A stretch of DNA of 64,000 nucleotides. It comes from Lama glama (Eukaryota). Both the position numbers and the translations under genes were made by a program. The DNA lies in contig CM052817.1 of assembly GCA_028534125.1 (NCBI GenBank), forward strand, positions 71,178,001 through 71,242,000, written 5' to 3'. This document shows positions 50,941 to 64,000 of this stretch, piece after piece; position 1 is the stretch's first letter; each line of letters begins with the position of its first letter. The notes under the pieces were generated by a model. That model had not been told where the DNA came from. It saw only the letters and a program-made list of their open reading frames with translations, and ran no database searches.

Positions 50941-51220
50941 CTTCACCTGTGCATGGTCCACTTTTTAAAAACTTTGCCTCTGGACGAAGACATTCAAAAC
51001 TCTTTTGGTGACAGTAAGTTGGGTAGCTTTTCCCGTTGGTTGAACACACCCTAGTACCATTCTTTGGGCACTGATAAGGAATTTTACAGGTACAGGTCCC
51101 CTCGATGCATTTCTGCCATGGTTGGCAGAAGACTTTATTACAGGAGAGATGTGTGTATTTTTCAGTTAAGCACTTTTTGTCCACAAGATCCTCTTGAGAT
51201 GTGCCTGATGTCAAAGAGGG
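50941..51220 (-). CDS. CFI: CFI exon 2 (FIMAC domain)
   Basis: Acceptor gctttatag|CCC, donor G|GTAGG; 280 nt; [51 protein letters not shown]...GPCTGE; 5' boundary assumes a phase-0 exon 1. Confidence 0.93.
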
Positions 51221-51329
51221 CTATAAAGCACAAGATAAACATTAACTTAGCAAAAAAATAAAATCTTCTTTTTGAAGACGAATACGTGAAGGAAAGGAAC
51301 AAAACAGGCTCACCTAACCTGCATAGATG

Positions 51330-51565
51330 AGGGTGATGTGGTCTGGTGATTTTTAGAATCAAACAAACCTGGCTTCTAGTCCCAACTTGGGCACTTACAG
51401 TTATATGGCCTTGAGCAAGTTACTTACCTTCATGAAACCTGAGTTTCCTCATCTGTAAATGGGGATATTATCTTCTGTTTTGCAAGGTTATTGCAAGATC
51501 AGAAATAAAACGTGTATAACGGTTGGCAGGTACTAGGGATGAAATCAGTGGCAGCTGTTATTATC
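51330..51565 (+). mobile_element. MIR
   Basis: ggccttgagcaagttacttaccttcatgaaacctgagtttcctcatctgtaaatggggata. Confidence 0.8.
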
Positions 51566-54500
51566 CTAAAGCCAACATAAAATTCTGCCTTTGAAGAAAT
51601 CAGAGAATCTCATCAATCACGTTAGGGGGTTGCAAATTTGGTGCTAATTACAGTCTCATGGAATGAACTGATGCATGAAATTGATTAATTCTATTAAAAT
51701 GCAAAACTATTTGCTAAATTCCTACTCTGTGAAAAATCCTGCTAAGATGAACATGACATGGGCTCTACCTTCCATGGGCCTGATATCTAGACAGTAAGAC
51801 AGAAACACACATAATAACTGGAGCACAAGGCAGACGGTGGCAAATGATAAAACAATCGTACAAATAAGACACAGTGCCCTTGGGGAACCAGAGTGTGAGA
51901 CAGTAAGTCTTTCCAGGGGCATTTTAAAAGGCTTCATGGAGGATGGAGCATTTGAGCAAGTCAAGGAAGGTGCTAGCAGAGGGTTGGTGCTAGCAAAACA
52001 GGAGAGATGGTGCCAAATTTATTTAGGGAACGTGAGCAGTCCCAACCGATGGTCATACAGGCTTGTGTGTGCTTCCAATGGGGTTGTCACTGATCAGGAA
52101 ACGGGAGAAAGGCAGCAGGAGTGGAACAAGAGAATGATTTGGAAGGACCAAGAAAAAGCAGTTAGGAGAAAAAGCAATTAGGATTGGACAATTTAACACA
52201 CGTAGGAGTTGACAGTGGTTTTAGGTTTTGAGGCTGCATGACTGTAAGGGTGTAAAATGCCATTAATCAATACAGATATTAAGGTAAGGTAGAGCATTAG
52301 GAGTTTGGTTTCGGACCCATTGATTCTGAGGCACCTAAAGGATGTACCTCTGGAGATATTCTGTAGGAGGAAACGTGTGACTGAAGCTTGGAAGACAGAT
52401 CATTAGCCCAGTTATCAGTTTATTCAGTGAATGAGTTAGTAAGCACCACTGTGTGCCAGGGAACAGCCTAAGGCTAGGATCAGAGGAAGAAAAGTCCCTG
52501 CCTAAGGAGCACAACGACCAGAAGAGAGACAGCCAAGCCTGATGAGTTCCCTGGTACAAATGGGCCAGGGATGCCTTTAGGACAGTGTTCTGGGTCCCTG
52601 GCCTGCTTAGGATGCTTGGGAACATCTCCAAGAGGAGGAGTCTGGGTAGAGCTGATGGCTCTTCTGAGACCACTGAGGAGTCATCAGCTGGCAGAGGTTG
52701 GGGAGTGGGCACTCCAGGTAGGACCGCAGGAAGGAGAACAGCAAGAAGAGTACGTTTGAGGCTGGAGAACAGAGTAAGAAGGTGGTGGTGGGGGTAAGGG
52801 AGCAGGTCTGAAGGGAGCCACTGAGAGACTGTAAGCAGGGAAGCAAATTTGCATTTAAGGAAGATCTTTCTAGAGATCAGATCAGACCGTTAGGCAGGCA
52901 GGAGGCCAATTAGACCTGCAGGAATCCAGAGGAAATACAATGAGGGCTGGGAACAGGCCAGTTGGGTGAAAAGCCAGTTGTGGAAAGCCAATGCTCTCTC
53001 TCTATCCCCTAGACACTCCCTTTGGAGGATGGGCGTCCTTTCTTCCAGTTTCCCTAGACCCCCCAGCAATAAGAACCCCTATCTTTTCTCAGGGACCCCT
53101 AGCTGTAGTAACAGTAAGCTAGGGCAGAAATGAATTGAACAATCTCTAAGTGCTGTGATGAAGACAAATAAAAATCAGTCAATAAAAAACCACATACAAA
53201 TCTGTGAAAGCTGTGAAATTCATTCTATCCAACATGCTTTTCAGTAAACTTTATTAAGTAGCCATAGAAACACAGAAATTTGACACATTTGTCATTAACT
53301 ACACTAGGTACACACTAATCTAGAATGAAATACACCAGTTACATACTTTTCATAGTTTCATGTGCCTGTTTTGTAGCACTTATTAGAACTGAAAATTTTG
53401 TAATTTCTTAGCTCCTGTATCTTCCACTGACAAAGTTAAAGTGCCCTGACATCTTGGATTGTCACCCTTTTACATACCACCTTTCTCTTGAAAGAGTGAT
53501 ATTCTAATTGGGTGCAAGCAGAAAACAACTTGATTCTTTCCCACCTTGATCCCTTTCTGAGGTGTCATTTTTCCTTGATCTTTAGATAAAAACTGGGGAA
53601 ATGTCATTAACTTTTCAGGCACATTTAGATTAAAGCAAAAACAAAAAATTAAGACTTTTGGTCCCAGGAACAGTCATGCAACAGCAATTACAGTGTCCAG
53701 TCCTGTTCAATCACTTAGATTCTGACCTTCACTCCAGGCGACAGCTTCCTCCCAGCTCGGACTCACTTCAGGGGTCTGGTGGGCCTGGTGTTATTCATTG
53801 AATGAATGGTGACTCCCCCCCCCCCAAAAAAAAAACCCAACAAGACAGAACAGAGGAGAATTTTACATTTTAGGAGCTGAAGATGTGGAACAAGCAAGAG
53901 AGACTTAGCTTTTCAGCCAGAGTGGTGTTGCTCGTGTGTCTAATGCTGCAAAGAGCTTCAGAGGATGAAGGCTGAAAAAAAGGTCACTGAATTTGATGAA
54001 CAAAGGTCACTGGGATCCTTTGAAGAAGTAGTTTTAGATGAACGTCAGAGGCAGAAACCAGACTTTGGTGAGTTGAGGCCAGAATGGGAAGTGGAAAAAT
54101 GGAAACAGAAGTACAGTTAACTCTTTTGACTGGTCTTGTGCTTAGACATGGAGACTAAACACAGGCTTTAAAAAAATTTCTGCTCCCTCTCCAAGCCCCA
54201 TTAAGATAAGAATAAAAGAATTTTTTAAAAAGGCATAGCCAATAAGGCCAAAGAGAATGCGGAAAGGATTACAGACTAGAGATGTTATCAAAATGTTGGA
54301 AGCTGGAAAGCAGACATGCTGGTAGTAACAGATTTAGCAGACTAGAGAGAATGGTAACCCAAGCCAAATGAGGGAAGTCCAGAAGAATAAAGCAAATTCA
54401 CCCCCAGAGAACCCCATAAAAGCTTAGGAATTGAGGCATCACCTACTTCTGAAGAAGACGGAGTGGCTGAAAAAATAGATAGAAGCAAGAGTGACATAAA

Positions 54501-54656
54501 GTACTTTACATTACAGGCAAGGATAATTGGCTAGTGATCTTATCTGACTGTGACCAATATCTATGCCCAACCAATTGTTAAATATTTTTAATACCACCAT
54601 GGTTTTAAGCCTTATGGTATTATTTGCCTTTGTAAAATATATACAAGAATTAATTT

Positions 54657-54798
54657 TAAAATATTTTATTTTATTTTATTTTTTTTGAGGTAGGGAGGTA
54701 ACTAGGTTTATTTACTTATTTATTTTAATGGAGATACAGAGGATTGAACCCAGAGTCTTGTGCACGCAAAGTACATGCTCTACCACTGAGCTACACAT
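54657..54798 (-). mobile_element. tRNA-derived SINE (Vic-1-like) with TSD
   Basis: ggattgaacccagagtcttgtgcacgcaaagtacatgctctaccactgagcta; TSD gaattaattt at 54647-54656 / 54799-54808. Confidence 0.85.
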
Positions 54799-55683
54799 GA
54801 ATTAATTTAATAAAAAATAATTAAATGGAAAAGGATGTCATCATATTTTCAGTACAGAAAAGATTGTGTTAGGCTTTGAAGGAGAAAAAGTGGATAGGAT
54901 AGTATCATAAAGGGACATAGTAAAGAGAGATTTTTGCTGTTAGGATAGGAGAGATTTCATCATGATTGGAGGCTAAGGTCAGGAATCTAACAGAATGGGA
55001 AAGACTGAAACTTTAAAGAAGGAACAAATTGTTGAAACAAGGTTGAGGAGGGGCTAGGAGAAGGTGTAATCAGAGCATGGTGGAAACAATTCTCTTAGAA
55101 ATTCAGCAGTTTTCTATTTCTATAAATTCTTACCGTAAGTTGGAATCAACTTTATGATACTACTACCATTTAAAGTTTCAGGTTGATGGTACTGGCTAAT
55201 ACCAACACAGTGGTTGCTGCTTATGACAATAGCCAAAGGGAAGTTAGAAAATTACCAAGGGGCAACAGCTAGAAACAGTCACAGTAAGGTTTATCCACTG
55301 TGTGAAACATGATGGCAATAGGCTTTAACTGTAAAGGACTGGGTACGTCACATTTGTCCATGGATTCTCAACATCTAGAGCCCTGGGCTGATGATCCTTC
55401 AGGAAGTTATTAAATGGGTTGGTAAATGCATTTGTACACCAGTCTTTACCATGGAGAGAATATGAACTCTGCCTCATACATTTACGTAAACCTATAGGGA
55501 GGCTGTTAAGATTAATCAGAAGCAAAATTATTTAAATCATCACTGAAATTATATTAACTTTGTTCCCTCCTTCCTTCCTACAATTACAGAGTCTACTAAA
55601 AGTAGACATAACTACTATTATGTGTGTTGTTGATGGTGTAAGGTGGGGTGGTGGATCTAAGTATTTTTTTTAATGTTTATCTT

Positions 55684-56094
55684 TGTGGTAGATGTTAATA
55701 CCATTTACTAAAGTCTTATTTAACTCTACTTCCAAGCAAATGGGAAGACTGCATTTCCTTCTTGTGGTTGGACACGGTGATGAGTTAATTTGACCAATGA
55801 AATGTGAGCTGAAGTAACATATATTGGTTTCAGGTAGAAACATTTAATTGCCAGTGCTCAACAATGCAACTTGCTCTTGCCCTGCCATGATGATCATGGG
55901 AGCAAGTGTTGCAGAGAGATCATAGAATCAAAGCAGCCTAGTATGCTGGGCCAACACAGGGAGGACGTGTTCACTGGAGAGTCACCCAGATCCACAGTGG
56001 ACTTTGCATAAGCAAAAATTAACTTTTCTTGTGTCAAGCCACTGAGATTTTGGGATTGGTTCTTATTGCTGCATAGCCAATACTGACTGATACA
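55684..56094 (+). mobile_element. MLT1J/H-type MaLR LTR
   Basis: tgaccaatgaaatgtgagctgaagtaaca...tgtgtcaagccactgagattttggg...gactgataca. Confidence 0.75.
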
Positions 56095-56284
56095 AGTAGT
56101 TGTCTAGATACAGTCTTTAAAACCCAAAGCCTTGAGAACCACTTGTCTAGGAGGAGTGGGACCTGAATCATTCCGTGTGTAAGCTATGCATCAACTGATG
56201 GAGGCATGCTTAAGTTTTTCTTTTTTTTTTTTCATTTTTATTGAGCTTGTAATTACAAGCTGGAAAAGAAGACTATCAAATACC

Positions 56285-56475
56285 TGGATAAGTATTTCCA
56301 ACTGTGCCCTAGACCATCTGCATGACCCATCTGAGGTGCAGCATGTTACAAATGCAGACTCTTGGACCCACACAACAGAACCTCTGAATCAGAATCTCTG
56401 AGGGAAAACCCTGGCATCTGTACTTTAAATAAGCACCATAAAGATTCTTATGCTCCCCAAAGACTGAGAACCACT
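56285..56475. mobile_element. MER5-like hAT element
   Basis: tgttacaaatgcagactcttggaccc...ctgaatcagaatctctg...gactgagaaccact. Confidence 0.7.
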
Positions 56476-56649
56476 CCTATTGACCAGTAATTTTCAAAGT
56501 GGATTACATAAACCCCAGGGGTGTGAAGATAATCCAATGGGTAAAATAATAGAAATTATGTTCATTTGTATGTTTTATTGAAAAAGTAAGAAGAAATTAA
56601 TCTTACTAATATTTAAATATGGATTGGCAGTTGTGTCTACTCTCATAGA

Positions 56650-57410
56650 ATATTCATTCAGTATTTATTGAGAGCCTACAATGTGCCAGGCACTGTTCTA
56701 GGTCCTGGGATACACTAGTGAACAGCATGAAGTCATAGAGCTTACATTTTTAGTAGAGGAAAAACAGACAAAAATGAATAAATACATAGTATGACATAAA
56801 ATGACAAGTGCTCTACAGGGTAAGAGAGGTGGAGGTTGTGGAGAGTGAGGGGGATGATTGCTATTTTGCATAGGGTTGTCAGGAAAGACTCTGGGGAAAG
56901 GTTCCCTTGGAGCAGGGACCTGAAGGGGAGTGAGCAAGCCACATAGGTCTCTAGAGGAGAAATGTTATGGTCAGAGGTAACAGCCAGCGCAAAAGCTGTG
57001 GGGTAGAAGCACATGTGGTATGCTCTTGGTCCAGGGGGTTGGTGTGGTTGGAGGGGAGTTAATGGCTGAAGGGAGAACAGGAGGAGATGAGGCCAGAGAA
57101 TTGGAGGGATGTGTGATCAGCAGGTAGGACCTTGTAGGCTACTGGAAAGACTTCAGCTTATTCTCTGAATGCAGTATAAAACCACTAGAGGGTGTGAGCC
57201 CTCCAACATTTAGAGGTGTGGCAGATGATGAAGAACTAGTCAAGGAGATGAGAAGGGGTCAGTAAAAGACAAATAGAAACCGGTGGCACAGAGGCAGAGA
57301 GAAGGAAGGAGTGATTAGCAGCTGTGTGATATTTCTCCAGTAAAATGGTGATCTTGACAAATGTTATTTTGGTAGAATGGTGGGAACTCAAGCCTGACCA
57401 GGCTCAAGAA
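56650..57410 (-). mobile_element. L2 fragment
   Basis: attcattcagtatttattgagagcctacaatgtgccaggcactgttctaggtcctgggatacac. Confidence 0.85.
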
Positions 57411-58704
57411 AGAATGGAAAAAGAGAAATTGAGCAAAGCAGTTAAAAAAAAAAAAAAGAATTTAGATGTAAAGGGATACAAAAATGGGAGGGAAATATGC
57501 GGTCAAGAGAAGGTTTTTGTTTTAAGATAGACAATCATGAACGTGTGCTTGACTAAGGGATATTATGGATTATATGATCCAGTTTTAGTGGAAATAATCT
57601 TTGCAAATGGACAAATGGTTTAGATATACATATACTGAAATGATGCTGGATTGAAAATAATGCCAAAATGTAACACCAATGAACAAAAAAATGGCAGAGT
57701 CCACACTTCTAGCCACAGTAGAAGCTGTTCATTGGCCACATCATGGGGTTAAAAACAATGGAAAGCTAATCAGTATGACAAGAAGTCAGCCCTGTCTCCA
57801 ATCAGTAATATTAAAAAGACTAATTGAAATATAGATTTCTATCTCATATCGTTATTGAATTGAACCTATCCCCATATGTTTATTGTGTATGTTGCTCTTT
57901 GTGAAGTGTCTTTTCCAGCTAATATGACATTCAAATCAAATGAAAAATTTGAAAAGTAGTAACATTATTTCATTAAAGATTAATGGTGAAAATTATTAAA
58001 ATATTATTTGCTTAAAATTTTGTTTTTTAAGGTGTATTTATTTGTACAGCAGTGTATATGTTATTTATAAATAAATATATTCACATATACTGGGGCACAT
58101 GTGCAAAAATTTTTAGCAATTACTACTATAGCCTAGTCATCTACAAAACATAATTCACCTCCTTTAGTTGCTGTTTCTTTGTGTAGACAGGCTTTTTTAA
58201 AAAAAAAAAATCCTTTCCTTGGTATTTGTGATGTTGTAGCAATTATTTTGATGTAAACTTTGTTTTTTTATTCTAGACAGGACTACAATGAAGACATTTT
58301 AGATGGACTGACTATACAAAATCAATAAGAAATAACAATTTCCTATTCCATCCCAGTATACAGCATATAGTTTTACCTCTGGATTCTTTGCTATCTTCAT
58401 TTTTTCTACTCTTCTATAATTAACCTATAAACAACAACAACAAAAGAATGATCAACTATCACCAAAGAGAGCAAAAGTCAACCACTTTCTCCTTCTACTA
58501 CTTTTTGTAAAAAAGTAGAAAGTTTCCCTTCTACTGCTAACTAGCTGTGTGATCTTGGGTAAATGACTCTACCTTTTTTATTCTGTTTCTTCTACGAATT
58601 GTGGAGAATCAAAATAATATCTTCACAGAGCATCAAATGCAAAATACACAGGAAAGCACAAATAAACACTTAAGATCGTATACAAATGCTAATATGGTGC
58701 TGCC

Positions 58705-59064
58705 TGTGGTAGTTTGCATCTGGCTCCATTCTTCTACCCTTCAAGACATTCTTTTCTGTGCCTCTTACTTGGGGTAGGGTATATCTTCCCTGGCCTGGCC
58801 AGTGACTTTCTTTGGTCAATAGGAAGTCAGCAGATGTGACATAGAGATGCTTGGAAAGTACTCGTGCAACTGGATTTGTCCTTTTGCTTCTCTGCCATAG
58901 CTGTGAGAAGAATGTGGCCAGGCTAGCAAAGAAAGTCCACTCCAGCTGAGCCCAGTTTAGATCAGATTATTCCCAGCTCATCTGCAGACTAGTATACTAA
59001 ATTAAGTTGTATGCCACTGAAATTTTGTGGTGATTGTATTATTATGGCATTATCCAACTGATAC
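58705..59064 (+). mobile_element. MLT1-type MaLR LTR
   Basis: gtgactttctttggtcaataggaagtcagcagatgtgaca...tgccactgaaattttgtggtgattg...aactgataca. Confidence 0.65.
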
Positions 59065-59849
59065 AATCATGATTTCCCCAGAAAACATTGAGGGAAAAAG
59101 TGGAAGTTTCAATAAGAGTAAACAATATAAAAATTTGTCTTTCTTTCAGAAGTGAATAAACAACTCATATCCTGATGGTTAACAATTGTATCAGAAACTT
59201 TTCCATTGGAAGAGTTTTAGGTCCTTTATGCCCTCAGTTCCTTCTCATCATGGTCTTCACTAGCAATTTTTTTCCTCCAATTTTTTCTTCTCCTTGGATC
59301 CAACCATTCTGTATTATTACTGTTTCTGACATAAAGCCATGCCTCAGCATCCCAGCAATCAACTCCTTAACCAGCAGCCATTCTATTCAGATGAAAAAAA
59401 GAGAATGTTTCCCTATTAATACTGAATGATGAATTGTTCCAATTCACATACAAAACTTGGTAAGGCCTTTTGCTGTGTTTGTTATTTGTTTTTATTTTTA
59501 AAATAAATATTGTATTTTTTCTAGGACTAGTATGTTGTTGGAAATGGTGGGAAAGTGGTTGCATGGTATGTGTAGGTAGAATGGACTCTTGTATCTTGTT
59601 CCCTTTTAAAAATTGGAAATATTGTTTTAGGGTCAATTCCATTATTTTTGTCTCAGATTTTAAGAAAATCATCGGCCTAGTTTCTTGGTCTTGTTTTTTT
59701 TATAATGAATGTAAGATGGATGAAATGTTGGTTTTTTTTAATTTTTAATTGATTAAAAAAATTGAAAACACATAGAAATATTACAAACAGGTTCAGATGG
59801 GTGGCTATAAAAATTATATTTCCTTCTTTCTGTTATACATTCAACCCAG

Positions 59850-60520
59850 CCAAGCCCTACCTCAGAGTCAACCACTTGATAGTTCTTAGTGAATCTTGCC
59901 AGGCATCATCATTGTATATGTGAGCCCATATTTTACTTTCTAACTCTGCCCCACAACACCAAGACAATTTGCAATCAATGGCCCTGTAACTAGCCCCCTC
60001 AAAGGGCATTTAGATTGTTTCCAAAATTTTGTTATTATAAACAGTGTTGTAATGAATCTCCTTATAGAAAACATCACTTCCCCCATAAGCTAAGTATTTT
60101 TGTCAGTACTTTCCTGGGAGTGAAACTGCTGAATCAAAGGAATGAACAGCTTTCATTTGGAAAGATATTGGCTAATTTCTCTCAATAGAGGCGGTTTTAA
60201 TTTGAATTTCCATTATCAGTATATGACAGGGCCTATTTTCCATACTCTTGACCACAGAACATACTTCTCGTTAAACTTTTGTATCTTCATCAATTTGATA
60301 CATACAAGTGTTATCAGAGAAGTTTTATTTGCATTTTTTCCCTGATCAGTGAGGTTGAATATCATTCAATTTGCTTAAACATTGAGAGATTTGTATTTCT
60401 TTCTCCTCATACTAACCATATCTTTTGCTGTAGACTGGATTTTTTTTCTTGTTTTGGGTAGGAACTCTACATATTAAGGAAACCAGCACTTTGTCTGGAA
60501 TATGAGCTGCAAAAATTGCC
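59850..60520 (-). mobile_element. Old L1 fragment (L1ME-type)
   Basis: gggcatttagattgtttcca...ttattataaacagtgttgtaatgaa; tttatttgcattttttccctgatcagtgaggttgaa. Confidence 0.65.
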
Positions 60521-61419
60521 TATTGACAAATGGCAAGCCTTGTATATTTTTCACACAGAGCAGATACTTTTTAAACAATTCCCAACACAATAAAATTATT
60601 TTCAGTAAAAATTATGAAATAAATTACTAAATTATGGAGAAAACTATAAACAGCAAATATTTTCTTATATTGACATTTCATATAGAAATATATACAAAAT
60701 CATGCTTATAAGAATAAAAAACTAAAATTCATACTACAATATAAATAAGGGAAAAAGTACTAGATAAATATTTTAAATTATATTACTGTATTTAATGAAA
60801 AAGGAAAAAATTAAATCTGTATAGAGGTCTGTTTTAGTAATGAATAATAATATTACAGCTTAAGAAAAAGATAAATTTCATTTTAAAGATACTATTCAAA
60901 ATTTGGTAAAATGTTTCCTGTATGAGCTACTATTTGTACTTAGCAAACAAAGATATTACACCTTTCAGTCTGCACTGTTTCACTACTTTATATTTTAAAA
61001 ACAAAAATTCCAAATGGCCATTAGAATGACAAAACTGAAAACCCAACTGTTCTTGTTTCCTCATCCTTATAATCACTGTGACAAGATTGTTTATTTTGAA
61101 TCTATTTACATTTGGGAAAATGTAAGAACACAGAATTTGAAGACAGGAACTGTACTTGAAGTGAACTTGAACAATTTTAATGCATAGTGCATGGGACTAC
61201 TAGGCAGACTGTCAGGGTGAAACTGAGAGCTGGCTGAATTAACTTCCATTTTTAAGACAAAGTCTATAAAGGAAAAGTAAAAAAAAAAAGTACCCACTTG
61301 AAGTTTACATTTGTATTTTAAAAACTCAACCTCAGCAACCTTAGCAATGGTTAACTGTGTTATAAATAGCCAAGAACCAAATGTGGCTATTTAAATTAAA
61401 TTAATTAAAATTAAATGGG

Positions 61420-62190
61420 AATTCTTATTTCCAGTCAAGATAGAGTAATAGGAACCAGATCTACCATTCAGCCTAAAACAATCAAGAAATGGACAAAATA
61501 TAGAAAACAATGATTTTCTATTCAGGCAATGAAGGGTAGTGATCCTTGATACTAGAGAAACAAATGAGGTAGTGAGCCCTCCAATTGTTCCATTTGATTT
61601 CCTTTGGAGAGTTTCCAGACTGTGGTGCAGAGACGGGGAACTTGAGCTGAGCTCAACGGATTCCTTGAATTGAGGAGACAGAGCTGACAGTCCTGGAAGA
61701 CCAAGGCAGCTATAGTTCACAGAATAAAGTGATGGAAACAAGTGAGTGGCATAGAGAGAGAACTTTGGAGCTCTGCAGAAGATCCCTTATTAAGTGTTCA
61801 TCTGAGTATTTATCAGCACCTTAGTGTGATGAAACTACCAGAGGATGGGGAAAGAACAATTCAAAAGAATTTAAGGTAACAAAGCCCAAGATCAAATGGG
61901 GCCATGAATAGTGCTTGTTGTCACTGTTCAGTGTTTTCTGTATTTTGCCCATTTCTTGATGGACATTCAGACTGGAAAATTTCATGATTCATGGGGCACT
62001 GGGTGGAGTACAAAGAAGAATCTTGCCTCAGAAGTGTGGAATAATTAGTCTTAGACCTAGCACTGTTCTGGTCCTACCTAAGAATGCTTAAAAGTAAGAC
62101 CTAAAAGGATAAACCTGTTTTCAAGTAACTTAACTACATCTCAGAACAAAGCTCAAGAGTATTCATAGGAATACAAAAAATATCCAGCTT
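61420..62190 (+). mobile_element. L1 5' region (L1MC/MD-type)
   Basis: atttccagtcaagatagagtaataggaaccaga...ctcagaacaaagctcaagagtattcataggaatacaaaaaatatccagc. Confidence 0.6.
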
Positions 62191-62199
62191 TGTTTTTTG

Positions 62200-64000
62200 A
62201 ATATTTAAAAAATATTTTCTTTGTGGATACAATGTGGATTATACTTAACATCTTAAATTTATAGCAATCTAGTTTGAATTGATACCAACCTAGCTTCAAG
62301 AGCATATAAAAACTCTGCTCCTGTACAGTTCCATTGCCTTTTATGTTGTTATTGTCACACAATACATCTCTATACATTGTGTGCCTATTAATTTATAATT
62401 ATTTTTATATATTTATCTTTTAAATCATGTAGGAAATGAAAAGAGGAGTTACAAACTAAATAATAAAATAACATTGGCTTTTGTATTTATCTACGTAGTT
62501 ACCTTTACTGGAGTTCTTTATTTCTTCATATGGCTTCAAGTTACTGTCCAGCGTCCTTTTGTTCAGTCTGGAAAGAACTCCCTTTCTTGTAGTATATTTC
62601 TTATATACCAGATATACCAGCAACTAACTCTATATGCTTTTATTTATCTGAGAATGTCTTAATTTCTCTCATTTTTAAAAGGTAGCTTTGCTGGATATAA
62701 AATTCTTGGCTGACAGTTCTTTTCTTTCAGCACTTAAAAAATGTCATTCCATTCTCTTCTGACCTCCACAGTTACAGATGAGAAAGATGCTGATAATTTT
62801 ATCGAGGATCTCTTATCCATGATAAGTTGGTTTTCTCTTGCTGCTTTCAAGATTTTCTGTTTTGTTCCTCGGCTTTTAACAATTTCATTGTAATGTGCCT
62901 TGGTGTGGATTTCTTTGCATTATCTTCTTGGGGACCAGTAAGCTTCCTTAGTCTGTAGATTTATTATCTTTTATTAAATTAATGAAGTGTTTGGCTATTA
63001 TTCCTTTAAACATTCTCTCTGATCCTCTCTCTCTTCTCCTGAGATTTCCATTTTCTGTATATTGGTATGCTTGATGGTGTCATATAGGTCTCTTAGGCTC
63101 TGTAAATGTTTATTCTCTTCCTGTTCCTCGGATTGGATAATTTAATTGACCAATCTTCAAGTTCACTTACTCTTCTGCCCACTCAAATCTGCTGTTAAAA
63201 CCCTCTAGTGAGGTCTTTGTTATACTTTTCAGTCTAATTCCTTTTGTAATTTCCATATCTTTAATGATACTATGTTTTCGTACATCATCCTCCTGGTTTC
63301 ATTTAGTTCTTTGAACATATTTAAGATGGTTGACTTAAAGTCTTCGGTTAAGTTTGAAGTCTGTTCTTCCTCAGGGATCAATTCTGTTAATTTCTCCTGT
63401 GAATGGGCCACATTTTCTTGTTTCATTGCATGCTTCATACCTTTTTGTTGAAGACTGGACATTTTGAATATTGTAACGTAGTAACTCTTGAAATCAAATT
63501 CTTCCTTCTCCTCAGTTTGCTTTTCATACTTTCTATAGACTGTAGCTGTTTGTTTATTAACTTTTCTAAACTGTTTTTTGTAAAATTTGGGTTTTTTTTG
63601 TCATGTGTGGACTCTGAAGTCTTGTTTCTTTACCTTGTATTCAGCTAGTGTTTAGACAAAGATTTCCTTAAACATAAAGAACCAGAGAGAGAGAGTGAGA
63701 GAAAGAGAAAGGGGAAGGGAAAGAGAGGTGAAAAAGAAAGAATGAACCAAAAAAAGAAAGAAAGAAAGGAGGGAGGGAGGGAGGGAAGAAAAAGAAAGAA
63801 AGAAGAGAAAAGAAAAGAAAAAAGAAAAGAATAAAGAAACCCCTCAAATTGAGAACAACAGAAAAACCTTTCCCAGCTTTGCAAATGGCTCTGTTCTGGG
63901 GTACTCCTTCAGTGTTTAACTTGGCCATTTACAGTTCTGCCTTCTTAGCCTTTACTTCATGCTTGTACTAAGCCTGGAGGTGTAGGCCTAGTGTCTCCTT
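62200..64000 (-). mobile_element. L1 5' region / degraded ORF1
   Basis: ORF 63229-63462 (ELIPEEEQTSNLTEDFKSTILNMFKELNE) resembles L1 ORF1p remnants; gctggatataaaattcttggctgacag; ttttctcttgctgctttcaagatt. Confidence 0.75.
63685..63838. repeat. Purine-rich (GA/GAAA/GGAG) low-complexity tract
   Basis: Nearly pure A/G run visible directly. Confidence 0.9.

Noticed and set aside
53978..54012. Duplicated aaaggtcactg nuclear-receptor half sites
   Set aside because: Lies in L2-like degraded sequence with non-canonical spacing and no independent support.
63645..63928. Phe/Ser/Leu-rich ORFs that look like membrane proteins
   Set aside because: Translation of the purine-rich simple repeat inside an L1 remnant.
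51221..64000. Search for CFI exon 1 (signal peptide)
   Set aside because: No convincing ATG-hydrophobic stretch-donor exon found. CFI intron 1 is long in mammals, so exon 1 probably lies beyond the window.

Overview
Mammalian genomic DNA, probably camelid: it carries tRNA-derived SINEs of the camelid Vic-1 type and no Bov-A, BovB, PRE-1 or Alu elements. Two spliced genes lie on the minus strand. PLA2G12A is complete: 4 coding exons (5118-18876), 567 nt = 188 aa plus stop, with a CpG-island promoter near 18.6-19.3 kb. CFI (complement factor I) is present from exon 2 to the last exon (27300-51220), 1692 nt in frame, with an intact His/Asp/Ser triad; its signal-peptide exon 1 is not in the window. 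The rest is introns and intergenic DNA filled with L1, L2, MIR, MaLR/ERV LTRs, hAT DNA transposons and SINEs. Most short ORFs in the supplied track are noise. I found no novel multi-gene system. The best leads are gene-structure oddities: (1) a remodelled microexon cluster in the CFI linker, where the apparent orthologue of human exon 7 has a dead CAC acceptor and a 24-nt microexon is intact; (2) a strong-context uORF in the PLA2G12A leader; (3) a phase-compatible CFI-PLA2G12A read-through; (4) an inverted SINE pair in the short CFI intron 5; (5) an N-glycosylation sequon next to the catalytic Asp of CFI. All exon boundaries were read by hand from GT/AG sites and codon phase. Repeat family names and human/mouse comparisons are from memory and need database confirmation.
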